Positions 12,500-24,780 of a DNA stretch of 64,000 bases are shown in pieces. Each line of letters starts with the position of its first letter. Position 1 is the stretch's first letter. The DNA is taken from assembly GCA_034780895.1 (NCBI GenBank), contig JAUZTB010000068.1, positions 22,759,077 to 22,823,076 of the forward strand, written 5' to 3'. The DNA is from Rhynchobatus australiae (lineage: Eukaryota). The position numbers and the translations under genes were made by a program. Under the pieces are notes generated by a model that saw only the letters and a list, made by a program, of their open reading frames with translations, ran no database searches and had not been told where the DNA came from.

Positions 12500-13715
12500 A
12501 ATAAAAACGGAAGAAGTTGGAAGAACTCAGTAGGTCAGGCAGAATCTGTGAAAAGAGAAGCAATTAATGTTTTAGGTTTGGGACTGAGAAAGAGAGAAAC
12601 GAGTTAATCTAGACGGCAGGGAGGGTGGTGGAGGGGGACGTGGAACAAAGGAAATTTCTCAGAAAGGGTGAAATAGTGTGCATTTAAGGGCCAGTTAAGC
12701 TCCTCTGTGCAACGTGATGTTTATGTTGTATTGTCTGTGTAATACTGTACAGCCTTACCTAATGTTACATGCCACACAAATGAAAGAAAAAGGAAAAAGA
12801 TCTGGGGGGAGGGAAAGGCAGTCAAAAATGGTACAAACAGAAAGAAGGAACGAGTTAGCTAAGGTTGGAGAATTTGATATTGGGCCCTGCAGGCTGCAAT
12901 GTAACCAGATAGAAGATGAGGTGTTGTTCCTCGAGCTTGCATTGAGCAGTGTGATAACTCCACAGTGAACCACAGAAAGAAAGGTCATAATGGGAGGGGG
13001 GCAGTGAATTAAAGAGGCAGACCATTGGAAGCTCAGGGTCACTCTGCGGACCGAGCACAGTGCTCGGCAAAGCGGTCACCCAATCTGCATTTGCTTTCTT
13101 CATTGCAGAGGAGGCCACATTGTGAATACCGAATGCAATACACTAGATTGGAAGTAGTGCAGGTGAATCACTGATTTACTTGGAAAGACTGGATCCCTGG
13201 ATAGTGGTAAGAGAAGAGATGAAAGAGCAGTGTTGCACCTCCTGTGGTCGCATGGAAAAATGCTGTACAACAGGCAGTAGAAGACCAGACAAGCGTGTCA
13301 AAGAGAGACCAATCCCTTTGAATGCTGAAAGGGGAGGGGAATCTTTTTGGAACAGACAGAAATTTCAAGGGACGATCCATTGAATGCCAAGGCTGTTCTT
13401 GCTCTGTCCAGGAGGAGATAGATGAGATGCAATCAAGATGGCTGTCTGCTATAGTAGAGAGGAAGCGACAGTTAAGGAAGAAGGAAGATATTTCAAATGC
13501 ACAAAGCAAAAGTGATGGAGACAGAGGAACTGAAAGAATGGAATGGAGTCCTTACATGATGTAGGGTGGGGGAAGTATAATCAAGGTAGCAGTGGAAGCT
13601 TGTGGGCTTGTAGTGGATGTTGCTGACTAGCCTGTCCCTGAGATTGAGATGGAGGTGGAGAAGGAAGGGAAGAGTCAGAGATGGATCTGCCCTTTGCCTT
13701 CTCTTTGATGAAAGG
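12500..13715 (-). mobile_element. Penelope-like retroelement, degenerate (RT thumb, GIY-YIG endonuclease, pLTR)
   Basis: Minus-strand peptides RDRLVSNIHYKPTSFHCYLDYTS (RT thumb), FTCTTSNLVYCIR..QCGLL (GIY-YIG start) and CKLEEQHLIFYLVTLQPAGPNIKFSN (endonuclease end). pLTR motif GAACTCAGTAGGTCAGGCAG at about 12520-12545. Multiple frameshifts. Confidence 0.88.
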
Positions 13716-13744
13716 GCTTCTATAACCTGGCCATATACCACTTG

Positions 13745-14080
13745 GGGCGACACAGTGATGCAGCAAATAGAGCAACAGTCTCACAGCTCCAGCGACCTAG
13801 TTTCAAATGCCTTTGTAGAGTTGGCACATTCTTCCGGTGACTCTGTGGGATTTTCATGAGTTCTCTGCTTCCTCCCACATTCCAAAGAAATGCTGCTTAG
13901 TAGATTAATTGGCCACTGTAAATTGCCACCAGGTATAGGTGTATAGTAGGAGAATCTGGGGGAAGTGGAAGGGCATGTAAGAGTGAATGGGTTATAACAA
14001 AATGCCGAGTATTGGGATTGATGAGAATGCTCTGCAAGTCAACATAGATGATGGGATGAATGGCCTCTTTCAATGTTGTG
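13745..14080 (+). mobile_element. tRNA-derived SINE (HE1/V-SINE-like)
   Basis: GGGGCGACACAGTGATGCAGC head and CTTCCTCCCACATTCCAAAG...TTAATTGGCCACTGTAAATTGCC body, similar to 3212-3513. Confidence 0.75.
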
Positions 14081-14119
14081 AGTATCTCCAGAATCCACAA
14101 TCATTTTTGTCTCATTTAC

Positions 14120-14400
14120 AGGATATGCACGTTACTGGCATGGCCAGCATTTATTGCCCATCTCTAATTGCCTTCTTGGGAAGATGGTGGTGAACCACCT
14201 CCTCATAACTGCTGCTGGCTACTCAGTGGTTTTCCCAGGGTGGGTAGAGATTATTAGCATTTAGACCCAGCAGTGCTGAATGAAAGGTGAAGTTTCTTAA
14301 CATCAGAGTAGTACGTATTGTGGAGGGGAATTTGCAGGTGGTGGTGTTCTCATGTCCCTGGCACTGAGCCCCTGTGGGGCCAGAGAATTGGGAGGAGCTG
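14120..14400 (-). mobile_element. L2-like LINE 3' end, degenerate (second copy at about 10920-11010)
   Basis: CATTTATTGCCCATCTCTAATTGCCTTCTTGGGAAGATGGTGGTGAA matches TATTTATTGCCCATCGCTAACTGCCCTTGAGAAGTGGTAGTGAA at about 10940. Confidence 0.55.
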
Positions 14401-15049
14401 TCAAAGTGCTCCAAAACAAAGCAGTGAAAACCTTCCTAAAAACAGAACACATTCTGATCAATAGTGTGATATGACAAATATCTCCACTCCTGAGATTGAG
14501 TATAACTATCTCCTGATTTCATTCTTCACAACTTATCAGGTTAGTCTCACTTGTGGGGATATTCATCATATCACACTGCTGGCTACAACCGATCATCTAT
14601 TTATAGAGGTTCCCAATGGTGTCTCTTGAGCTAACATCTGTGGAAAACTTGCTATCAATTATACATGAACATAACATTTTCTTTAGAAGTGTATGTGAAT
14701 AGGGAATCATGTGATCAAGCAGCAGGAAAGTTGACCTCCTAGTAGGAGCTCATTTTTTTTCTTGCTAATTCCATTGTTTTCAATATCTAAATCAGATGTC
14801 TGCAATAAAGGCTGCATCTGGATATTGTTGCAGTCAGCTAAAGGGTTCCCTGATCTCCAGCAACAGCACTTAAACTTTTAAANNNNNNNNNNNNNNNNNN
14901 NNNNNNNNNNNNNNNNNNNNNNNNNNNNNNNNNNNNNNNNNNNNNNNNNNNNNNNNNNNNGTTTTGTATGCTATTTAATTCAATTTTATTGAAAAATAAA
15001 CTGCGCTGGCAAATTGTGAGCTTGCTTTAAGTTGCACTTTCTGATCTTC

Positions 15050-15560
15050 TGACCCAACCCAAAATGTGCCAATCCCCCAGCACTAATCAACCTACTGACA
15101 AACTCATCCAGACCACTGACCTCTGCATGACCATCTCAGACCACCAAACACCAGTAGCCTAAACTGCAGCACTTTCAACCTCACTCCAGCACAACTAATC
15201 TACTGACCATCCCACCTCCAACCACAGAATCCTCCTCACCCCCATATCCATCCACCATATCCTGCCAGTAGCCCAAATTGGAGCAATTACTGGAAAACCT
15301 GTGCCCCTATGTCAGCACCAATGATGCTACTGAACATGTCACCCTGACCACAGAAGCCCCCCACCACCCCATCTCCAACCATCAAACTCCATCTCCAACC
15401 ACCTAATCTTCCCAGCTACTGATCACAACCCATGAACTCTGATCCCACCTTCCCAACGACTGACCCTACCTACCAATCTCCAGCTACAAGCTCTGCCCCA
15501 ACCCTCCCTACCTAACAAGTAACCCTGGCGTGCGTTCCAACACCCAGCCCTAGCACCAAG
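15050..15560. repeat. C/A-rich low-complexity region of degenerate short repeats
   Basis: Very G-poor, with recurring ACTGACC, CCACC and CATCTCCAACCA words. Confidence 0.6.
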
Positions 15561-16284
15561 TCACCTGATTTCTTTGGCTCATTTTGCAGTGGTGGAGAGT
15601 GAAGGTAAAAAGCCTGTGAATGATGAACACCACCTTGAGATTCATGTATTATTGTATTTCCAGGAATGGGCCAGTAGGCAACGATAGACCTAAGTAATAG
15701 ATCTACTAATTCCCCTACTTGTATATCTTTGGGAGGGGATGGTATGGGATAGTGCAGCTATAGGGAACAGAGCTGCACAATGTATGAGNNNNNNNNNNNN
15801 NNNNNNNNNNNNNNNNNNNNNNNNNNNNNNGGGTCAGGGTGGGATTGTGGCCCAGGAGAGGGCAGAGGACATGTCAGAGGGTTGACGTTTTGTCTCCAGA
15901 AGGTAGAGGATGGTTTGCTAAACTTCAGGTAGGTGAGAGTGATTAGGCAGTGTTGAAAACTGAAACACGCCATGTCGTGTTGGTAGAAGAGATCCAGAGA
16001 TGATAAGGCCCCCTCCATGTGGAATGAGAGTTCAGATGACAGGAGAAAGGATCCCTGTGAAGACAGCAGAGGACTGCTGAACAAAAAAATGGGCAATGAG
16101 AAGAAGAAATAGAAGCGGACCTCAATATCATGACGGACTCAAAATTCATGCTGGGGGGTGGGGAAAGGAGTTGAGCGCCTTTGCTCAGGACTTATATTGG
16201 GCTCAGGAGGAGAAAGATCAGAGGGTATAGAGAAAAGGCAGCAGGGAGTGGGATGAGCAGGCTAGGGAAGAAGCATCTAGAAAG

Positions 16285-16495
16285 CAAGGAGTTTGTACAT
16301 TCTCCCCTTGTCTGTGTGGGTTTAGTTTACTCCCACATTCCAAAGACGTAGGGGTTAGGAAGTTGTGAGCATGCTATGTTGGTGCCAGAAGCGTGGCGAC
16401 ACTTGTGGGCTGCCCCCAGTACACTCTACTCAAAAGATACATTTCACTGTGTGTTTTGATGTACATGTGACTAATAAAAGATATCTTATCTTATC
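16285..16495 (+). mobile_element. SINE 3' part with (TATCT)n tail
   Basis: GGAGTTTGTACATTCTCCCC...CTCCCACATTCCAAAGACGTA...GATGTACATGTGACTAATAAAAGATATCTTATCTTATCT. Same family as the head at 17312. Confidence 0.75.
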
Positions 16496-17311
16496 TAGTA
16501 ATAACATTTCCTAAAGTTTGTGAATTTGGGAGTGCACATTATGAGCATCCCACCAGCCCACAGCTTTTACATAAATAATGAGTCACAGATTTTGGGTTTC
16601 AACCTCATTGCATTCAATGTGGTTCTTTGTGGGGAGGGTGTGGAGAGTAGGTACTCCATTTGGACTGTGGTCCAGGTCTCTCATAGGGATTGTAAAGGCT
16701 GGTGGTCCTGGAAATTGTGGCCAGAGGAGAGAGGTGGGGAAGGGTGGAGGGGAAGTGTGCTGTGGTATGATACAGTCTCGTGCAGTGCAGTGTTCTGTTG
16801 ATCAGCTCCAGGGGTTGGACATTAAAGGCTGTGGCCCAAATCTGGAGTTCAGAGATGGGGATCTCAGGACCAGAAGGATTAATGATTATTTTGTAGATTC
16901 CTTGCCTTTTTCTTGTACACAATTTTAAGATTGTCTGCCTGAGGGCAAACATATGTTTGAGTAAGTCTCATTCGATGATGCAAAGGGGACAATTCTTTTT
17001 TTTGTCCTAGCCAATTACATTGGGTGGATTCCCAAATCGTTCCAGCAAAGCCGTCCCAAAACTTGGAAAAAACTAAATGCAATAAACCATGACATTATCC
17101 ATATGTTTGTACTGAACAGGATCCACTCAAATATAAAGCCACATCCTCAGAACCTGAGGCAAGTGTAGCTGCCATGTTGCTAAAATTTATGCTCTATCCC
17201 AGGTGGAGGAAGAGGTTTGATGGTTTGAAAGTAATAACTAATACAAAATTAATGGGCAAATTAATGACAGAATTAATACAGAATACAATACAGAATTAAT
17301 TAATGAATTCA

Positions 17312-17416
17312 TGGGCAGCATGGTAGCATAGTGGTTAGCATAACACTATTACAGTGCTGACGATCGGGGTTCAATTCCTGCCGCTGTCTGTAAGGAGTTT
17401 GTACGTTCTCCCCGTG
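17312..17416 (+). mobile_element. tRNA-derived SINE head (body lost in the assembly gap)
   Basis: A box TAGCATAGTGG and B box GGTTCAATTCC, then GTAAGGAGTTTGTACGTTCTCCCCGTG running into Ns. Confidence 0.75.
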
Positions 17417-18319
17417 NNNNNNNNNNNNNNNNNNNNNNNNNNNNNNNNNNNNNNNNNNNNNNNNNNNNNNNNNNNNNNNNNNNNNNNNNNNNNNNNNNNN
17501 NNNNNNNNNNNNNNNNNNNNNNNNNNNNNNNNNNNNNNNNNNNNNNNNNNNNNNNNNNNNNNNNNNNNNNNNNNNNNNNNNNNNNNNNNNNNNNNNNNNN
17601 NNNNNNNNNNNNNNNNNNNNNNNNNNNNNNNNNNNNNNNNNNNNNNNNNNNNNNNNNNNNNNNNNNNNNNNNNNNTATCCTTATATCATTTTAACACTAT
17701 TTATTTAGAAATGGGTTTAAAGTAAGAGTAAATGTTTACTTTACTTTATTAAAATACTAAACATCCAACTGTTAGGAGAGTGGGGGAAGAAAAGTAATCA
17801 GTTCACTTCAATTAGTTAAAACTTCAGTTGTTAGTGTTATTAGTTAAACTTAATCCGCATTTTATAACTGCTCCCGGAATGATTTACTATTTTCCAACGT
17901 TTTTAACAAATGGCAGAATTTATAATGCAAAGTGAGTGCTTGAANNNNNNNNNNTGAATTTTATTACAGTTTATGCTTTGTCACAAGACAATAAGGGGAA
18001 TTTTATTTCTGTCACTAATGCTCAATCAAATACATGCCGCTTGCCTATTAGTCTCAAACTTGCATTATTATTAAACTGTTCTCAACAGACATTTGAGAAA
18101 GGTTTGTTGCTCCAGACTTCCTGTACAGCAAATAAATTGTGTTTCATCTGAATGGTAAAGACAGTGTCCACATAAACAATAAACCCACAGCAGGGCCCAA
18201 AGGATGAAAAGGTTTTCATGACAAAAAGATTTCAGACAGAGTAAGACTGATACCCATTAAGATGAAGACAAAACAACTAACAAAGAAATTAACAGGAAAT
18301 GGGGAAAAGATGAGTAGCA

Positions 18320-19025
18320 CTGGAAATAGGAGCAGAAGTGGACCATAAGACCCCTTGAGCTTGCATCGCCATCAACTTAGATCATGGCTGATCGAATCTC
18401 AGCCCCAACTCCACTTTCCCGTCTGCTTCTCGCAACTCCTGCCTCCATTGAGTCCAAAAGTCTATCTTGGTTTTGAATGTATTCAACAACTCATCCTCTG
18501 TAGTGCTCTCTACCTTCACCAAACTCTGAGGGATGAAATTCCTCTTCAGCTTCATCTTAAATGGACAATTTCTTGTTTTGAAAGAATGCCAGAAGTGAGA
18601 ACATCTTCTCAGATCAACCTTCTCAAACCCTCTTAAAATTTCATATTAGATCACATCTCATGCTTCTAAATTCCAATGAGTATAGGCCCAACCTGCTCAT
18701 GTTTAGCTCATGGGCCAACTCTTTCATCCTCGGAGCCAACCTGAAGAATCTCCAACTAAATTATATTATTCCTTAAATAAAGAAACTAAAGCTGTGTGCA
18801 GCACTCTTGGTCTCACCGATGCCCTGTAGAGTTGTAGAAAATCTTCCTTTTATATTCCATTCTCTTATCCAACTCTTTGCTGCCAACATTCCATTTACTT
18901 TCCTAATTACTTGCTGTATCTGCACGTGCTTTTCTGTGTTTCATACACAAGGATACCCAGATCCCAGTTACAGCAGCATTTTGTGGTCTCTCTCCATTCT
19001 AATTTTTCTACTTTTCCTACCAAAG
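18320..19025 (-). mobile_element. Older CR1-like LINE 3' fragment
   Basis: GAAATAGGAGCAGAAGTGGACCAT...GATCATGGCTGATC...CAACTCCACTTTCCC is a reverse-complement CR1-type 3' UTR followed by a decayed ORF2 end. Confidence 0.65.
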
Positions 19026-19039
19026 TCCCTTTCCTAGGG

Positions 19040-19348
19040 GATTTTGTTTGCTCTTCTCTCTCTTCTTACCTTTGACCCATCCCCCAGTGGATCTGCTCTC
19101 CCCTCCTCCCCCGCACCTGCCTATCACTCTCTAACCTGCATCTACCTATCACCATCTTGTGCCCACCCCACCTCCCCTCTTTTGTCCACCTATCACTGCT
19201 CTGCTTTTCCCTCCTATNNNNNNNNNNNNNNNNNNNNNNNNNNNNNNNNNNNNNNNNNNNNNNNNNNNNNNNNNNNNNNNNNNNNNNNNNNNNNNNNACG
19301 GATGCTGCCTGGCCTGCTGAGTTCCTCCAGCATCATCGTGTTTTTCAT
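19040..19348 (+). mobile_element. Penelope 3' UTR/pLTR fragment
   Basis: Pyrimidine-rich CCTATCAC repeats, a gap, then ACGGATGCTGCCTGGCCTGCTGAGTTCCTCCAGCATCATCGTGTTTTTCAT, nearly identical to 8894-8944. Confidence 0.8.
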
Positions 19349-19914
19349 AATGGACATGTTCCTAGACTAGTAACTAAGGGGCCTGATTTAATTCTCTACA
19401 AACATTAGGATGGGCATCTCCAATATTGTTTGGGCATTAGTCATTGAGGAACACTGGTAATTAGGCAGTGATGTGAATTAGGCCGAAGATCAGCAATGAG
19501 TCCACCGAACAGCAGAGCAGGTCAAAGGTGTGGATGGCCAGTGCCTGCTCCATATCTCATGTTCTTAGGTGCAGGATAGCTTTAACCAATGGGCAGCTTT
19601 ACACAGATTATCAGTCAGCTCATTCCCTGGAAATGCATTCAGGCAGTCAAAAGCTCATTTAGCACTGACTGGATATTGAAATCATTGAAATGAAGAAGCA
19701 GCTCAAAGTCAACATGCAGTATTATAATCAATGGCATTACATTGTGATCCCTGCACCTGTACTTGTGCACCAGCAAATATGGCCCACTAAAGACTTGGAA
19801 CTGTTGCTATGTCACATCAATGACTTTGACTTGAAACAGCAACTGAAAATTCCACTTAATTTGTTTTAACTTGTTACTGGTGGTAAATTAGTCAGTAGTA
19901 GAATATTCACAATT

Positions 19915-20740
19915 GGCAGTTTGATGTGTGAGGTGTTGCACTTTGAGAGATTAAATGTACAGGGACAGTACACAGTTAATGGCAGGACCCTTAAACATGT
20001 TGATGTACAGAGGGATCTTGGGGTCCAAGCCCATCGCTTCCTGAAAGTGGCTGCATAGGTTGATAGGGTGGTAAAGAAGGTGTATCGCATGCTTGCTTTT
20101 GTTTGGTGAGGGACTGCATTCAGGAGTCAGGAAGTGATGTTGCAGCTTTATAAAGTTCTGGTTAGGCAACATCTGGAGTATTGCATTCACCCCATTATGG
20201 GAAGAATGTGGAGGATTTGGGGGTGGGGGGGAGGGGGGGAGGTGCAGAAGAGGTTTACCAGGATGCTGCCTGAATTAGAGGGCATGTGCTATGAGGAGCA
20301 GTTGGACAAACTTTGGTTGTTTTCTCTGGAGCGGCGGAGGCTGAGCGGAAACCTGGTAGAAGTTTATATTATTATGAGAGACATAGATAGAGTAGACAGC
20401 AGGTACCTTTTTTTCCAGGGTCAAAATGTCTAATACTAGAGGGCATGCACTTAAGGTGAGAGGGGGTAAGTTCAAACATGATCTGCGGGGAAAGTTTTTT
20501 TACGCAGGGAGTGGTGGGTGCCTGGAATGCGCTGCCAGGAGTGATAGTGGAGGCAGATACAATAGAGACATTTAAAAGGCTCTAAAAAGGCACATGAATA
20601 TGCAGAGAATGGAGCGGTATGGATGTATAGGCAGAAGAGACTAATTTAGTAGGCTTTTAATTACTAGTTTAATGAGTCCAGCACAACATTTTGGGCCAAA
20701 GGGCCTGTTCCTGTGCTGTACTAGTTCTATGTTCTGTGTT
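19915..20740 (+). mobile_element. CR1-clade LINE, 5'-truncated
   Basis: ORF MLQLYKVLVRQHLEYC...VQKRFTRMLPELEGMCYEEQLDKLWLFSLERRRLSGNLVEVYIIMR is the canonical CR1 ORF2 C-terminus. Ends GGGCCTGTTCCTGTGCTGTACTAGTTCTATGTTCT. Confidence 0.92.
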
Positions 20741-22079
20741 TTCGTCCAAATTAATATTTATACTTGCAAGTTTTCTTATAGATCTTTGTTGTGTTAAGGA
20801 TCCCAAAACAAGAAAGGAAAATTAATAAATATCTCCAATACTAATGCTGGCAGGACTGCACTAGTTGGTAATATATTGGTCTGTAGTATCCTAAGTGCAG
20901 TTCCATTAGCCTAAAATGATCAGACTCCAATTAATTTAAGGGGCACTTGGATGATTTATAAAACTATGTGCTACCCAAGTCTCAGGCTGCTTTGTCAGTT
21001 CCAGCTGTTTATTTTTAATCCAGTGCAGCAATGCACCAGAATCAGCAATTGACTCTGCGCTGGTGTTGGGCTGTGAACTTGACCTCACACTGAGAGCAGT
21101 GTGTCAAAATCTTCGATTAGCAAAGGTACAAGAAGAAACAGTGCACTCAGTTGCCTCAAAGAGAATGGCTTCCGGCTTTTGCAATAGCAATTAGCAGTTA
21201 AAATAATCTTTGGGTGGAGGAATTCTTTCCTACAAGACATTTTAGATGTCAGGTGGGTAGGATTTGGCCTATTCCTTTACAAAGAGGATTTCCACAGTCT
21301 CAACACATCAGGACGATGGATGAAGAGGCCATGGGAAGTAGATGGAGTGGGATGACCAAGCGATTGAAACTAATCCTTGGGATGTGAGGGTGAATCCCTG
21401 GAGTTCATGGACTCCTTTGAGGCAGTGTTGTCCTTTGCCTTCCGCAAGGTCTGCTAGGAGGCAGAGGAATATAAAAAAACATTTACTGATCACTCTCAAG
21501 CAAACAGGATGTAATTCTAACTGAATGGAAAGGAACTTAAGGCAACGCCTTTTGGTAGCCTCCTGTATGATGGACCTGGTACTGACACATGTATCTGTAA
21601 CCTTGTAGGCAATGTGTTGTCTGTCAACTAAATTATTGTTTCTGTGTCAGTGTTTCCTAAGCCCACTGAATGCAATGAAAGAATTACATTTAATGTCACC
21701 TAATCTAACAATTAACCTTCAATAATATGACTAGCTGGATGGAATATGGAAAATAAATTAGGACCAGAAGGACACTTTGCAAGCACAATGGGAATGGCAC
21801 TAGAAATGAGAAGATTCAATGTCACAAAAACTAAGTAAACTGCAATTGTTTAGACATCAGAATTTGAAGCCTTAAGCTAAAGTTTTGAAAGTGCAACCTA
21901 CTGGAGACTTATCAAAACAAATATAATCAACAGTGTGAGGGACATAGAAGAAATTCTTTCGATGGCTCAAACTCATGTTCTACCGGACAATTACAGAGCA
22001 TTGTGTTGTGAAAGGCCTGTCCAGACATATTCTATGATACTGCTATAAATGTTGTATTTTATATGATGATCTGTTTGTA

Positions 22080-22600
22080 CAAGATCCTTGGCATATGTGC
22101 AGGGGGAAGTAGAATAGCATGAAGTGAGGATTGATTAACAAACAAATAACAGACTGCAGAATAAACTGATCATGTTCTGAATAGTTGTGTGTAATTAGGA
22201 GCTGTACTTGGGCCTCCCTAATTTACAATCGGTATCAATAATTTAGCCATATTTGCTGAAAATATCAAACTAGGTGGGAAAATGGACACAAAGATCCAGC
22301 AAATGCATTTAATTGATTGTCCAAAGAAATGATGGGTTGTACTTAATGTGGGGAACCTTCCACTCTGGTAGGAAGAATGGAAAAGTTGAATATTATTTAA
22401 AAGGTGGGATAATAGTAAACACTTTTCAGAGAGATCCAATGAGTTACTTTACACAAAAGTTCATGTATAACATGTGATGAGTAAGAATGTTAACTTTTGT
22501 TGCAAAGAGTTGGTGTTAAACTATTGATGCAATTAGGACTTTGGTGAGATGGTGCCAGGATTTTGTCTGCAGTTTTGGTTTCCTAATTGGATTCTAGTAA
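22080..22600 (+). mobile_element. Ancient CR1-like RT fragment
   Basis: GCTGTACTTGGGCCTC (SVLGP-like) and TTTGCTGAAAATATCAAACTAGGTGGG (FADDTKLGG-like). Heavily decayed. Confidence 0.5.
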
Positions 22601-23589
22601 AATCAGTGCCTGTTTATGAAAATTAATACATTTACTATGAAAATAGAAAAACAAATTTGCTGTTCTTTGTATATGGATCATTGAGCTCATACAAAGTCAC
22701 TTTTGAAATCTGACATTTAAAGAGGAAAACGATCACAGTGTCTCATTTGACAAATTTACTTTAAATCACTTCACTCAGTAAAATAGCATCATGCTTTATC
22801 AACTATCATTTTATTGTTTGCTGTTGTCACAGTACAATACACCACAGTCATACAAGGATGAAATGTTACACTTAATTACAATAATCAATGCATAAATTTA
22901 CATCACATCATTCATCGGAAGTTGCATAGCAAGTTCATTTTCAAGTTGGCTGTTATCAGTTTATAGCCAGTTTTATGTTTAACAGTATCAGACTCCTCAC
23001 AAAATATTCAGCTCGGAAAATCTTCCATTAAAGCTTCATGTCCTTCTTTATGAATTCTAAATAGCCATCTCATTCTGGCTTACATGTTTTCATCTTTCTG
23101 GAAAGTCTCAAAGGACTCCGTGCTAATTGGTCCATATCTGTATCACTGTGACTGTAATGGTGTCAAGCAAGCGGTGCATTAAAACAAAATTAGTCCAAAA
23201 ACTTATCAAAGCTAATTCAAGATAAAAGTCAGTTATTGAGGTAAGATGCTTTTAGTCAGTTTGAAATTATTAAAATAATTTGCAATCCAATCATAATTCT
23301 AATACACAACACAATGTGTGGGCTGTAATGGTAGGTGCTGATATTAATCCTTTAGTGCCCCCCNNNNNNNNNNNNNNNNNNNNNNNNNNNNNNNNNNNNN
23401 NNNNNNNNNNNNNNNNNNNNNNNNNNNNNNNNNNNNNNNNNNNNNNNNNNNNNNNNNNNNNNNNNNNNNNNNNGTTGCATGACTCCTTGAGTAACATAAA
23501 CTTCAAGATTTCAGCCCATGTGTCTCTAACCTTGGAAATACCCAGCCTTCCTACTCAGGCTGGACAATTGGGCATCAATTTTACATAGA

Positions 23590-23745
23590 CACAAGAAAGC
23601 AACACGTGAGGTGCTAGACGAACTGGGGTTAGGCAACATCTATGAAGGAAAATGGACAGTCAATGTTTCAGGTCAATAACCTTCATCTGGACTGGCCCAG
23701 CAGCCCAGTTGAAGGGTCTTGACCCAAAATATTGACTGTCCAATA
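23590..23745. mobile_element. Penelope pLTR foldback with two inverted hammerhead-ribozyme remnants
   Basis: Inverted repeat GGACAGTCAAT...ATTGACTGTCC. Minus 23657-23694 reads CAGTC-CAGATGA-AGGT(TATTG)ACCT-GAAA-CA-TT-GACTG. Plus 23701-23738 reads CAGCC-CAGTTGA-A-GGGTC(TT)GACCC-AAAA-TA-TT-GACTG. Confidence 0.75.
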
Positions 23746-24339
23746 TTTTGAGATAGTTATGAATTAGTCCCATTGAGTGTGCTGGAAATCTTTGTTCATG
23801 AGATCCGAGTGTATTTTAAATGGTGAGCCAAGCCATAATTACTGCTTAAATATTTCTCCCTAGAATTCTAATTTTAGCTATATATGTAATAATCCCTCAG
23901 ATTATTTTAAGATATAAAAAATAGCAATTTTTAAAAGAAGTTTATAGTTAGCTTCTCCTTGAATCAAATGTGAATATTCAGATATATATGTTGCACTCTG
24001 TATAATGCTTTGGAAGTTTTGATTAAAAATGTGCGTTTTATTTCATATAATGCTGCCTGTAAGTATCTTTTACTGTGAATGTCTGCCCATCATATTGACT
24101 GGGTGCTGGTCACCAGGGGGTGGGGGGGTTCTTTTTGAACCTGTCAGGCGCAGGTGTCAGAATGGGGCAAGTTCTCACCACAGATATCATTAGTCCTTTG
24201 TGACGAACTTTATTCAAGGTTAGGAGCAAGTGCAGCTGTTATGCCATTGACTGTACGTTCTGAGCCATCACTGAACACGATCTTCTCTTCAACTGAAATC
24301 CATACACAAACACTATTCTTCAGTGATTCATTGGTACCT

Positions 24340-24780
24340 CTTGCAATTCAAGATACTGCTTTATATTCCTATGATGTGGTCTCCTCTACTTTAGACTGGG
24401 TGACCACTTTGCTAAATACCTCCATTCAGTCTGCAAGGTGACCCTGAGCCTGTCAATTTAATCACCCATCTCAGTCCCCTCTTACCCCTCTGTCTTTGCC
24501 CTCCTATGACGTTCCATCAAAGTTGAGCATAAACTTGANNNNNNNNNNNNNNNNNNNNNNNNNNNNNNNNNNNNNNNNNNCGACTTAATAATGAATTCAA
24601 CAATTTCTGATAACCACCTTTTCTTTCTTGTATCAGAATGGGCTAGATCTGATGAAAGATAATTTACCTGAAGCATTAAACATGGTTCTCTCTCCACTGT
24701 TGCTGCCTAACCAGTCGAGTTAGTTCCAGCATTATCTATTTTTATTGCAGATTTTCTCCATCTGTATTTCTTTGCTCTTC
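24340..24780 (+). mobile_element. Penelope GIY-YIG 3' end plus pLTR, degenerate
   Basis: TGTGGTCTCCTCTAC...AGACTGGGTGACCACTTTGC (CGLLY..RLGDHFA-like) and GAATTCAACAATTTCTGA (EFNNF*), then CTGATGA at 24649 and TGCTGCCTAACCAGTCGAGTTAGTTCCAGCA. Confidence 0.7.

Noticed and set aside
17312-17385. tRNA-like A and B boxes (also at about 3215-3265)
   Set aside because: These are SINE heads followed by SINE body sequence, with no cloverleaf.
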